Below are positions 24,910 to 37,700 of a DNA stretch of 64,000 bases, piece by piece. The notes under the pieces are model-generated. The model was not told where the DNA came from. It did no database searches and saw nothing but the letters and a program-made list of their open reading frames with translations. The translations under genes and the position numbers were made by a program. The stretch comes from Isurus oxyrinchus. Lineage: Eukaryota. The stretch covers positions 41,106,001 through 41,170,000 of the forward strand of contig JANJGN010000018.1 of the NCBI GenBank assembly GCA_026770705.1. The letters are read 5' to 3'. The first letter of the stretch is position 1. Every line of letters starts with the position of its first letter.

Positions 24910-25530
24910 AAAAAGACCATCCCCCCCCCTGCTTTCAATGAGGAGTACCTTGAGCGACTGCTGGACGCTGTGGAGCCCCACCGGGATGTCCTGTACCTCC
25001 GCTCTGGCTGCAGGATGGGCAGCAACATGACTAATCCAGCTTGGAAGGGAGTAGTAATGGTGGTCAGTGTCCTTCAGAAGAGGACAGCCACCCAGTGCCG
25101 TAAGATGATGAATGATCTCCTCCATTCCGCCAGGGTAAGTCACTCTTTTCATCACCCTGAACTCACACTCACAAACCCATCACATATCCACAGGGCCCTT
25201 GCTCAGTGCCAGTTCAAGGGGCATCACCATTCACTCTCTCACACACACACCATCATGGTCCTCATCCCGTCCACAGGACCACTTACCATCCACACAGGCC
25301 AGGCATACTTATCATCTGGCCTGGCAGGGATCCTGCTTACTCTTTCTCCAGCTCTATTCAGGCAGCGTAAGCTGGCACACAACAAGAGAGAGGGGCTGCA
25401 GACCGGTGGCGGATGCCCAAAATCAAGGTCCTCACAGATTTTGAAAACCGAGCCATCCAGCTGGCCGGCCATGAACTGGACCGCTCCTGTGCTGATGGTG
25501 AGGTTGGCGCTGCTCTACCAAGTGAAGATC
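24910..25530 (+). pseudogene. Harbinger Myb/SANT-like DNA-binding gene (spliced, frameshifted)
   Basis: PAFNEEYLERLLDAVEPHRDVLY...AW...RTATQCRKMMNDL, then a probable intron 25135-25365 (AGG|GTAAGT...gcAG), then RKLAHNKREGLQTGGG and, after a frameshift, LTDFENRAIQLAG. Confidence 0.8.
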
Positions 25531-27269
25531 CAGCAGTGCAACATCCATCAGACAACCATCCTGTGAGTGGTGTCCGCTTTCACAGGCCATCGCCATGTAC
25601 TAATTATCTCTCCTTGCTTTCACAGGCATATCGGCAAACAGCTGAAAAAGTCCATGACCAGGGCTTCCAATCAAGTGTGAAGAAACTGAAGAGGAATCTG
25701 GAGGCATCCTCCCTGAAGTCCTGTCACAGCGCATAGCCACACCCTCCACCAGCACAGAGACACACACCTCAGTGGGACCTAGCTTCAGAGTAGCTTTGGG
25801 ACCACAATCTGGTGAGCACATTGCACTTTCTGATCCACAGCAGGCAGAGCAGGGACTTCCCAGGTCCCCGGCACTCAGAGGTCTGCTGGAGACCAGAACA
25901 TTGCTGAGTCCGAGTCAGATGACAAACCTCTGGATTCGGTCACGTCACAGTTTCTGGAACTACAAAGGCAAGCTCGGGAACATCAGGAAGGGATGTCCAC
26001 TGCACTCCTCCGATTGAAAGGCATGATGGACCAGTCTCTCTGTCTTCAGGCTGAGGTGATATCGCCAGCATGCTAATGCACTGAGGTCAACACTGGTAGG
26101 GTGGTGGCTGCCATGCCATAGTTGGCCTCCAACAGTGTGTATGTGAGAGGGGTGCTGGGCAGCTCGACCTCACTCCAGCTACACCTGCTCCTCAAGGACT
26201 CAGCCTGGGGCCCCCAGACACCCATAGGGAGGAGGATCAGCAGGTGCACACTCCAGGTCCATCCATCCAGGTTACTCCAAGAGTGCCCAGTCAGTCAATC
26301 TAACTTCCCTCCTCCTGTGACCTCAGCAGCTCCAGCTTCACAGGCTGAGGAGGGCGCAACTGCCACACAGCAGGACCCCGAAAGCAGGCTGGGGCTCTCC
26401 GTGGCCCTCCAGAGGGTGCCCGTCAAAGTCATCACAGACAGGGTGTCACAGTCAGCAGGCTGCCTCCACCTCCGCTGTGGATGTCCAGAGAGCATCAAGA
26501 CATAGCGGCAGTGTTAGGAAAGTTAAGGATAATTAACTCTTTCTCAACGCACAGCCTGGGCACAGGTGTTAATCACTTGTACATACTGTTCACTATAGTC
26601 AATAAACTACCAAGAATGTCTCCCTGCCTGTAGCTCCTTGTTCTGATGGGCAGTGTTCTTGTCACTCACATGTGAGACTTTTCTGCACAAGATAAAGGCA
26701 GATGTCTCAGTCCAGGGTCTCTTCCCTGTGCTCTGCGCAGCCTTCAGACCAAAGTGATGGTCCAGCCTCACACTCCCTGAAAACATTATTGATACCTGCA
26801 CCTCGGCCGTGCTGGTCATTGCTGCCAGAATATAGTGGGCAGGCGCCACAGAGTTCTTGCATTCTCTCAATGTGCGCTCTGCACCTTTAAGGTGGGGCTG
26901 ACCCTCATCTCTTCAGTATCTGTGACCACTGATACTGTGCGCCACCCCCTGAAGGGTTCAGGTGCTGAACGGGACAAAGCATCAGAACTTATAAAGTTTT
27001 ATGGCTGCGTCTCAATGATATGGCCCTGAGCACAGAGCACAAGTGAGCTGCCCTCGGCCAGAGAGGAGACAGACATTAGAGACAGGCTACGTGAAAATCT
27101 ATGGAGTGTCCTCACTGCATGTCATCATCCTCCTCTTGCAATCGAGTGACTATTACAGCCTCCACTGCATCTCCATGAGGAGCATTCTCGCAGAGGGTAT
27201 CGGCACTGTGATAAGCCAGAATGGAGTCAAACATTCACAAGTGCGATGTGAGGATCTATGGGGGTCACC

Positions 27270-28270
27270 TCACTGCATGTCATCATCATTCTCCACAAAT
27301 CTAGCAGCTATGAGGGTCTCTCGAGCACACTTGCCTCGTCTAGCCAGTGCAAGGGCCTCATCCCCGTCACCACTGCCTCTGAGGACCACCTCAGCCTCAT
27401 CCTTGTTGGTGTCCTCCTCATCCAAGGAGACGTGCAGTTCCTCCATCTCCTCCTCAGTCAGCTTCTCTCCCCGTTTACAACCTGGCACTGCAAGGGCGCA
27501 GCAGACAGCGACGAAGTGTGAAACTATCTACTGACTGTATTGCAGGGCTCCGGGGACCGGAACCTCACCATCAGCATCCCAATGGTCTGCTCCACCAAGT
27601 TGCATGAGCCTCATTATACTGTTGCTCTGCTACAGTCTGAAGTCACAGCAAGAGTGTCCATCAGCCACGGCCTCTGTGGGTAGTCCTTGTCCCGGAGGGG
27701 CTATCCCTGCAGCCTCTGTGGATCCTGGAAGACTCCAGGGATCTGTGACCGACTAAGGATGTAGGAGTTGTGCATACTCCCTGGAAACCGTGCACATACC
27801 TGCAGGATGTGTTTCTGGTGGTCTTACACCAGCCACACAGGGAGTGGAATCCCTTATAGTTGATGTAGTCCGTATGTAGCGATGGAGACCTGAGCCCCAC
27901 ATGAGTGCAGTCAATCGCACCCTGCACCTGTGGGAATCCCGAGATCTGGGCGAATCCAACGGCCCTTGCATCCTGGCTATCCCGGTCCTGGGCAAAATGC
28001 ACAAAGTTGTGTACCATGGAGAAGATGGCATCCGAGACCTCATGGATGCATTTGTGGGTGGCAGCTTGTGATATCCCACAGGGGTCACCTGTGGAGCCCT
28101 GAAAGTAGCCTTTGGCTTAGAAATTGAGCACCACGGTCACTTTCACAGCCACTGGCAGTGGATGCCCTCCATGTCCCCTTGGCGCCAAGCCCTGCAGTAA
28201 GTGGCAGATGTGAGCCACCAGGTCCCTAGACATGTGCAGTCATTGGTGACACTGGTTCTCAATCATCTAC
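27270..28270 (-). pseudogene. Harbinger DDE (HARBI1-like) transposase pseudogene
   Basis: GFAQISGFPQVQGAIDCTHV...YKGFHSL (27661-28017 ORF) and an acidic C-terminus ...ARETLIAARF (27270-27488); multiple frameshifts. Confidence 0.88.
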
Positions 28271-28966
28271 AGGAATGTGTTGTGAAACACGTTGACGTGC
28301 TTTCTGCCAACGTGGACAGACGTGGGGGTCCAAGAGCCTGGCAGGGCGGCCTTTTAATGAGATGCTGATGTGTTACAATGAGCTCCCCGACGACTATCAG
28401 CGGGAAATGTGGCCAGCCATCGGCGGGCTGAGCAGACGATCACGACCTGCCTTCCTGCCATCATGAAACCGATCACTCCATGTTGTCCACGCACGCCGAC
28501 TTTCACGCTCACTGCCAGCAGGCACGGAAAATTCCGCTGAACGTGTAATATGAGATCGGAGGAACAGTTGAGTCAACACCAGAGGAGTAATCCAATTGCT
28601 GAACAGTAATAGTCTTAGCCAGATTACAAGCCAAAAGCTGAGCACCAAAAAGTTTCTGCCACCCACGAGGGGACTCAAACTGAAATTTCCATTTGAAAGC
28701 ATTATGATCAGTTCTTAAAGTTTGTGCCTTTGCATATAAAGCACACCAACTTCCTTCCTAATCTTTAATACCAATTCATCTCCTTAAATCAAAGTTCTGA
28801 CTTGAAAACTAAGTGACTACCAACCCAAGATCTTCAAGCAACTACTTCATAAAATGCACAACTGCATAGATCCTTTGTGTACTGATATTATCAAGCTGTA
28901 CAATAATTTTGTATCAATCTACAGAACATACCTGTTTTTAATTTACGAAATGCTGAAAAAGAATGC

Positions 28967-28982
28967 GGGGGGGGGGGGGGGG
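28967..28982. repeat. Poly-G run
   Basis: About 16 consecutive G. Confidence 0.9.
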
Positions 28983-29265
28983 TGACGTACAAGGAAGGTT
29001 CCAAGGAGGGATGAACACTGATAAGCGGTGCATCAAGGTAACCTTGCATGCAAGTAGCACAATATTTTTTATATAACAGCTCATTGTTTATAAATACAAG
29101 AAAGTGATGGTTCCTATTAGGAGGTCAATATACTCCCTATTTTAAATAATCACCTTGGGGGTTAAGCTTTACCTTGGTCAAACAGGAGTTGGGGCCAGTC
29201 CTGCAGGCACTATTTTTTATGCTGCTAGCATACATTTGGTGTGCCTTGCAGGTTTGCTACCAAGA

Positions 29266-29287
29266 TCTCTCTCTCTCTCTCTCTCTC
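29266..29287. repeat. (TC)n microsatellite
   Basis: tctctctc... about 11 units. Confidence 0.9.
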
Positions 29288-30027
29288 ACGGATGGATTTA
29301 AAATATATCCATTGGAAGAGTGAGCAGGCTCACTATGCTTGGGAAATTCAAATCCAGTGTGTCCAGGCAAATAAAAACCAGCCAGTAGGAGTGAACTAAA
29401 TGAAAACTCAGTCAGCCTTTGAGGGATCAGAATGACAAATTTTTATTATACCTATTGCACATGGTCCATCTAATTGAATTGTTCTATTATCCACCATTCC
29501 CGACAAAGTGATAAAGTACCTGAAAAAGTTATCAGCTTTATTCTCCAAAAAAATGGTGATGGCCTTTGGCATAATTAAGTTTTGTTGGTTTTCCATAGAT
29601 GAAAACTAGTGTTTTGAAGTCCATGGTAAAAGACCAGGAGAATCTGACTAAGCACAGGCCCTGCCCTTCCCATGATGAACTGAAGTTCATATCTATGAAT
29701 TGAGGGGGAGTCACTTCAAAGATGAGATCAATAAAAAAAAATGAAAATAAACAAGGGAGCTAAAAAGCTTGTAACTCAATCTAGAACTTGCAACCATTCT
29801 GCAAAGCTTCTGAGCGATTTATCATCAGAACTACCCCCGATTGTAATTAGGACTTCAGATTGTTTCTTTACACTTTGTACATGACCCTATGACGGCTTAT
29901 ATTAGGGAAACCTTCACTTTCTACTATGTAAGTAAATGGACAAAGACAACAAACTGCACAGAAAATATTGTGCCATGTGCATGCAAAGTTGCTGTGATGC
30001 ATGAATTATCAACATTTGTGTCCCCAT

Positions 30028-30702
30028 GGGTGGAATTTTTAGGTCAGTGTGTGGGCATGCGCCAAACCTGCTCGAGTGTAAAATAGCGCGTGACGACATC
30101 GGGTAAGTGGCCTGACCTCATCTCACACTCGCACAATATTTCGGTCAGTGGGCATGCGCAAAAGTTGTAAGTGCCCCTGTCGATAATTAAGAGGGCAATT
30201 AAGCCCATTAAAACTCCAACTGTCCCCAATTTTTCGTGGTCCGTCCAATCTTACGATTGGCAGACGGGCAAATCTGCCAGGCGAACTTGGCATTTTTGAT
30301 GAAATCTCATTCAAGACGCAGGATGAGGTTTCCGTTATTAAATAAAAATAGAAATGTATGGGCAGAATTTTCATCATGCATATGTTCAAATGACTGATTC
30401 TGATGCAAGTACATTTTTTTTAAAAACCAGATTTTAAAATCTCTTTTTATTAGTTTAAGTCTTCAGCTCCGAGGCAGCTCTCTGCCTTCAGGTAGCTTTC
30501 ATTCCACGCTCCCCGTGCCTGTGCTCCTTCCGCCCCCACCTGGCAGTGCTGAGCATTTCAGCGCGTGCTTCATGCTGGCTAGCCGTTAATTGGCCAGCCA
30601 GCATGAAATGGCGGTTGAGGGCCAATCACAGGTGGCAGTCCGTTCCCCAGCTGCTCCCGGGCCCACCAATCGCAACCGCACGTCCAACTAAAAATCCTGC
30701 CC
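30028..30702 (+). mobile_element. Harbinger-type MITE
   Basis: TIRs gggtggaatttt / aaaatcctgccc; TSD CAT (30025-30027, 30703-30705). Confidence 0.85.
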
Positions 30703-31351
30703 CATGGTGCCATTTGCCTCCGCCCCAATATCAGTAGATTCCTCATATAACGCTGAGAGAAAATTTGTACAATTAAAAACAGGAACGTGTTGTAAATTGA
30801 TATGAAAATTTGTTGCACAACATGCTAAATATGTCTGTAAAAGACAGTTGTTGCTATTGCTTACAGATGTTGAGTGCACAAAAGGTTGAAGTTATGCAAG
30901 TTAGTCAAATATGTGTATGCTCTAGGGAGAACTGCAATGATACATAGACTACACATATTGAACACGCATTAATTCTGTGGATTTCTAGCATTATCTTATC
31001 CACCAACCATTTTACACAAAATAATGTACTATGTTACCACTAGTTTGCAGTCAGATCTGATCCAGCCATACATCACCCCCATCTTCCTTTCCTTGCTGGT
31101 CTCAGGAACCTGAATTCCACAGCTGAAAACCTGCAGAGCCTGAATTATGTAAAATAATTCTTATTACCATAGCAACCCATTTATAAGCAAATTCCTCTAG
31201 ACTGCCAGAGTTCTAATAAAGACTAACCTGCTGGAGAGAACAAAAAAAAAATCTGCTTGAAAAGAGATATCTCTCAAAGAAAATATGGAGAGCAAACAGG
31301 AAAATGGGATTACATTAGATTGGTTCTTTTGCAAAAGAACCAAGTGGGTTG

Positions 31352-32907
31352 CATCAATGATTACTTTGGTGCTGCTTCATGCTCTCGTCGGGACCTGGAA
31401 AAATTTATTAATTTTGCTTTCAATCTCCACCCCTCCATCATTTTCACACGGTCCATCTCTGACACTTCCCTTCCCTTCCTTGACCTCTCCGTCTCAATTT
31501 CTGGTGATAGACTATCCATCAATATCCATTACAAGCCTACCGACTCTCACAGCTACCTTGACTACAGCTCCTCACACCCCGCTTCCTGTAAGGACTCCAT
31601 CCCATTCTCTCAGTTCCTTCGCCTCCGTCGCATCTGTTCTGATGATGCTACCTTCAAAAACAGTTCCTCTGACATGTCCTCCTTCTTCCTAAACCGAGGT
31701 TTTCCACCCACGGTCATTGACAGGGCCCTCAATCGTGTCCGGCCCATCTCCTGCGCATCCGCCCTCATGCCTTCTCCTCCCTCCCAGAAACATTATAGGG
31801 TCCCCCTTGTCCTCACTTATCACCCCATCAGCCTCCGCATTCAAAGGATCATCCTCCGCCATTTCCACCAACTCCAGCATGATGCCACCACCAAAAACAT
31901 CTTCCCTTCACCCCCCAGCGGCATTCTGTAGGGATCGTTGCCTCCGTGACACTCTGGTCCACTCCTCCATCACCCTTTACACCTCAACCCCCACCTACAG
32001 CACCTCCCCATGCAAACGCAAAATATGCAACACCTGCCCCTTCACTTCCTCTCTCCTCACCGTCCAAGGGCCCAAACACTCCTTTCAAGTGAAGCAGCAT
32101 TTCACTTGCATTTCCCCCAACTTAGTCTACTGCATTCGTTGCTCCCAATGCGGTCTCCTCTACATTGGAGAGACCAAACGCAGACTGGGCGACCGCTTTG
32201 CAGAACATTTTTGGTCTGTCCGCAAGAATGACCCAAACCTCCCTGTCACATGCCATTTTAACACTCCACCCTGCTCTCTTGCCCACATGTCTGTCCTTGG
32301 CTTGCTGCATTGTTCCAGTGAAGCCCAACGCAAACTGGAGGAACAGGACCTCATCTTCCGACTAGGCACTTTACAGCCTTCCAGACTGAATATTGAGTTC
32401 AACAACTTTAGATCTTGAACTCCCTCCTCCATCTCCACTCCCTTTCTGTTTCTTCCCCCTTCCTTTTGTTTTTTCCAATAATTTATATAGATTTTTCTTT
32501 TCCCACCTATTTCCATTATTTTTAAATCTATACTTTTTATGCCCTTTTAGTCTTATTTCACCCCACCCCCATTAGAGCTATCTGTACCTTGTCTGTCCTG
32601 CCATCCATTCTTAATTAGCACCACCTTCAACACCTCTTTGTTCTTTTGATTATCTGCTCCTATCACTGCTTGCTTGTCCCTACAACCACAGCACCCCCCC
32701 CCACTTCTCTCCCCCCACTACCCCACCTTAAACCAGCTTATATTTCACCCCTCTCCTATTTTTACTTAGTTCTGTTAAAGGGTCATGAGGACTCAAAACG
32801 TTAACTTTGTTCTTCTCTGCCGATGCTGCCAGACCTGCTGAGTTTTTCCAGGTAATTCTGTTTTTGTTTTGGATTTCCAGCATCTGCAGTTTTTTGTTTT
32901 TATCTTG
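31352..32907 (+). mobile_element. 5'-truncated Penelope-like element (RT C-terminus, Cys-rich linker, GIY-YIG endonuclease, terminal region)
   Basis: ORFs 31257-31931 (LPFLDLSV..IHYKPTDSHSYLDY..SIPFSQFLRLRRIC) and 31717-32418 (CKRKICNTC..NLVYCIRC..LYIGETKRRLGDRFAEH). Flanked by gtgggttg at 31344-31351 and 32908-32915; inserted in a CR1 3' tail. Confidence 0.92.
32768..32806 (+). ncRNA. Degenerate hammerhead motif in Penelope terminus
   Basis: agtt-CUGUUAA-A-GGGUC(augag)GACUC-AAAAC-GUU-aact. G8 and G12 are lost (consistent with CpG decay), so probably inactive. Confidence 0.55.
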
Positions 32908-34773
32908 GTGGGTTGAATCGCCTTTTTCTGTGCAGTAGCATTCAACAATTCTATAGCACTACGCAGAACACAACTGAGAAAAATGTATGTATGAATGAAT
33001 TAATGTATCATCACAACGTTGGATTTAGTTTGGAAACATCTTTGGTCCAATTGATCTCATCCTTCTAGATACCAATCCTTCTACTACAATCCGCCCACAT
33101 AACAACCCTAATGAAGGTGGGGACTTTCTGCTGTCTGAAATAAAATTATTGGGTCAGTATTCTTCAACAAACATGTGACTATCATGCCTTGCTGTTCTCT
33201 GAAGGTGGTGGACACAATGCCACATCACCCAAGAGTTGCTAGAATTACTTTTCTAGATTTATTTTGAGATTCCCACAGTGCCTTATTTAGAATCTGAACC
33301 GATTCACAGAATTAAGACACCCTTCTAAGGAAGCTCCTAGTTTTAATTTAAAGGAGCATTTAAAAGGAGCAAAATTTACTCATTTCAATAAACTCATCTA
33401 AATGCCAGGTTATAGAGTGCACCACAAATAACTGTTAGTCAAAAATCCATTGCTACGCGAGTTTTATTTCTGATGAGCCAAAACAAAAAAAGTCAGTCAC
33501 ATTAATGACCATATAAAAACTAGGCTACTGGTCTGAAACAAAAAGTATCTACAATAGGCTTTCACTTTATTCAAGTCAAGAGAGTTGTAATACTTGATGT
33601 ATCAAGTGCCAATTTCACAGCATTAAAATCATGTATTAGAATTAATACAGGGGCTACTGCATGGTTTGATAACACAGTACTTTGAAAATGCCTCTGGCAA
33701 TTAATAATTAACAGTTTTTTTATTCTCTCTAAATAAGTTTATTGCGATGCTAGTGAAACAGGAATTATGTTGCTGTTTCCATATCTTGCACAGATCAGAC
33801 TACATTACTCACACATTTACATGCCACTACATGAAAACAGATGACTCCAAACATCTGCCTGAATAGGGTGAAAGCTATTAATCATATCTTCATTTAACTT
33901 TATTTCCTGAAGCATCAGTGTAATTTTCTACAAGTGAGCAGCTGGTATAGAAGATTCAGGAACAATTGCTGGCACTGAATCATCCAGATAAAGGATATAA
34001 TCACCCTCTTCTTCTAAATGAAGAAACTCATCAAGCAGCCTCCACATACTCCTATTTTCACTCCAAGAGCTGGTAATGGCTTCTAAGTGTTTCCTCAATT
34101 ATTTTTGGTCTGGGTCCCCATCACCCACCAGCAGCAAAAAATCTCCCTTGTAGGTGTTTTCATTTACAGCTCTTGCTGTTCAATGTGGATCTGGCCCTCC
34201 TTTCAGGGTCTTACTGACTGTGCAACAGAGTGGAGTTTCAATGCTGCTCCCTCTTTTTATTGCACTTCTCCACAGTAACATTGAGGACGGCTATTAGATA
34301 CATTTCAATTCATCCATTCGGGAAGATCCAAAAGTAATCCATTGCACTTTATAACATCCAAATGTTACTTAACTGGCACCATAGTTTTTACTCCTTTAGT
34401 CTCTGTGCATGCTTATTACTCATTAAGAATTTCATGTTGTAAAAAGTCCCTGATTCTAGTTTGAACCCATGTCATTTTATTCTTGCAATTGAATTTAAAG
34501 TAATATTCAAAGTTAACTCCCTTTGGGATCTCTTACACCTCTAAGATTACCTTCCTTCCAGACTGAAATAAAACAATGTTTTATACATACCCCTGAAATT
34601 GGTGATTGAACATATGGCCCTTTTCTGAAATGCCTCCAGCGACTGGAAGTCTTGCTCATTTCTTCATGACCAGAACTAGGTGCAGTATTGACTCAACATG
34701 CAGTCCAACATAAAACAAGATCAGTCCCGCCTCGTTGCATTATTCTTACTCAGTGCAACATACAACAGAAAGA

Positions 34774-37700
34774 TGGCAGTGAGGCTGGGGTGGAATTTTC
34801 TTTTACGTTCCATTTAAGAAATTAAGGACTGACGAACACCATGGCATTTTTGGAACTCCTATAAGGTGGATTTTGGAGGAAGTTTGAGCAATTTGAAAGA
34901 TTGCTCCATGTGCACATCACATTCAAGCAGTGTGTCAACACAGTATGTAATTGAGGAAAAAAAATCACACTGAAGGTTTATTTGGAGAAAATTGGGGAAA
35001 TTCAACCCTAACAAGGAGGACTAGTATGATTATGAACCAAGGTTACAGATTTGACTGATTATAAAATAGGAGATGGAGGATAAAGTAAATGTTTTCCTCA
35101 CCAGATGCTTTTGCGGTACAGGTTGAATATCCGTTACGCATACATCTAAAAGTTGAACTTGTTTTTTGAATGGTTATGCATTGAATTTGTACATTAATAA
35201 TGCAATGTAATATTATATTACAGGTGTAATAAGCATCAAGAAGTAGGGTGTATGAGAGTTAGCAAATGGAGAGGCAACCTAGTATTTGTATGCTATTGCT
35301 AGCCCAGGCTTAGGCTACTGTAATGTAAGTAGGCCGAGGCCTACCAAATGAATGGTAGGTCCAAAAACCAAAAGATCTGAATATTGAAACCCTGTCGGCC
35401 CCAAGGGTTTTGGATAAAACATACTCGACCTGCACTGTCTGACCAATGTTGCCCGTGAAACCCCAGTACTATGGAACATGCAGAAATCAATCAAATTCTG
35501 GATTCATTATGGCACGACCAAGAACTAAATTGCACTGCAATTTTTGTTCCTTTGAGCGACGCAGCTGCCAAGTGAGACTGTTGCAGATTACATTCTCGAA
35601 TTAAAGAAACTTGCATGCCACTGTGGGTATGGTGTGAACTTAGAAAGTCAACCTTGAGACATATTCAGGAGGCCTAAAGAGCAATAAAATCCAGGCCAAT
35701 TTTTTTGAGTAAAGGCAATAGACTGATGCAGAAGGAGGCCTGCATGAGACCACAGCCATGGAAATGGCAGAAAGAGATAGTTGCAGATTGCAAAGAAGTT
35801 CTTTTCCTGAGCTGACCGGGGAGCTCCACTGGATTTCAACAAGATCCAGGCCTTGACGGCCAATTTCAGTCTCAGAGCCAGAAATTTAGATGCTACTGTT
35901 GCCATGGTAGCCACCTACCAATTAAATGCCTTCATTTCCAGTCAAAGTGCTATGCCTGTGGGAAGGTCAGTCATATCCAGGTGGAATGTAGCAGAGGAAA
36001 CAGTAATGCTCAGGGTCACAGTACAGTGCCAAGTCACAGCCATGCACCATGTTGAGGTCGCGGTAGATCTAAAGCTTGTTTAGGAGTCTGGAAGTCCTTA
36101 AACATGCACATTATAGATAAGGAAACAGAAGCCGTGTTAGAGTAGGAAGATCAAAACAGCACATAGTAGAGGAGAGTAATAGGGCTGAAGATTAATTCCA
36201 GTACCTCCAATAAAAACGAAGACTGGAGATTCACAACTTACTTACAGCTGCAGTGTCTATTATCTCAAAGACAGTACAAGAAATCCCTAAATCACATTCC
36301 CTTACACAAAACTGAAACTTACTATTGTTGCAACAACAATAGTCCAGTGTTATGTTAGAGTGGAATATGACGATGCATCCTATTATTTGCTATTGGTAGT
36401 ATTCGTAGTCGTAGTCGTGTCATAATCGTAGTGAACAAAGTCTCCCTGATGGGAAGGGATTGGTTTAAGATGAAATGGTTAAACTGGGCTGAGTTATCAC
36501 ATTAAGGATCAGTAAGAATACATCTGTCAATGAGGAAGTGCTAAGAGAGCACAAAGTGGTCTTTGAGCAGAGAGGATCAAATGCTAAAATCATTATGATA
36601 TTAAACATAAAAGTCAGCAGATCATACTAATGCAAATGTTCTTTCGAGATTTCCCATGAATATTGTTTCACTTCTAGCCACTGAGTTAAATTAATTACTT
36701 TACACACAAACGACATGCCAGAGTAATTAGTGACAAAACCTACAAGGACGTGGAGTTCAGTAAAGTGGTCGAATCTGTCATGAATGCTGGCCCAGAGTGT
36801 GATGAGAAATTACACATGTAGAAATGAACTGAGTGTAAGCCAAGATTGCCTCCTAGAAGTCGTTATTCCACCAAGGTTTAGAACAAGATTGTTAGAGGAG
36901 CTTTATCAAGAACACACAGATATCCTGTATGAAAGCAGTAGCAGGAAGCTATTTTTGGTATCCACAGGTAGACAAAGATATTGAAGCATTGGTAAAAAAT
37001 TGTGAAATAGTCTCAGAATGACAAATGGTCCAACTAAGGTACCTTACATTCCATGGTCAAACACAAGAAAACCATGGGAATGAGCACCTGTCAATTACTT
37101 TGAAGTGGAAGGGAAAGTGTACCTTGTTTTGGTCGATAGCTATAGCAAGTGGAGTCTAAGCCCAATAGAAGTGCCAAAATTTAGGTTTTGAGAAGTTAGT
37201 TTGCAATTTATGGGTTGCCAGGGATGTTGGTGTTAGATGATGATCCACAGTTTGTCAGAAGGGTTCAAAATATTTCTGAATAAGAATGGAGTCAAACATG
37301 CTCTAATACCACCATATCAAATAGCATCAAATGATCCTGCAGAAAGAATTGTGCAGATTGTGAAGGGGTCTTTGCAGAAGTGTTTGCTAGGGTGACAAGC
37401 TAGGCAGTAATTTCCATGTTTCTCTTTGACACAGGCTAGACAATTTTCTGTTCCCTTACAGAATAACCCCACAGTCTACAACAGGTTGCTCACCTTATGA
37501 GTTAGTGTTTAAACATGCTCCTGGGAAAAGATTTAGTTTGCTTAAGTCTGGCGCCAGTAGCAAATTAAGAGAAAAGCAAGACAAAATGAAGATGAGTCAT
37601 GATACATGAGGCATGAAACAAAGTTTAGAGCTGCTCAGAAGGTCATGGTGAAAAACCAAGATAAGGAGAAGTGTGTGACTGGAGTTGTTGTAAACAGACT

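Larger units (their letters stand above)
24649..28539. mobile_element. Decayed autonomous-type PIF/Harbinger DNA transposon
   Basis: Convergent Myb/SANT-like gene (+) and HARBI1-like DDE transposase (-). Termini resemble GGGCNGAATTT (aggcagatttgc ... ggaaaattccgctg); end coordinates approximate. Confidence 0.85.

Noticed and set aside
24874-28017. Domesticated host genes HARBI1/NAIF1/MSANTD
   Set aside because: Both ORFs are frameshifted, convergent and enclosed by TIR-like ends, which indicates a decayed transposon.
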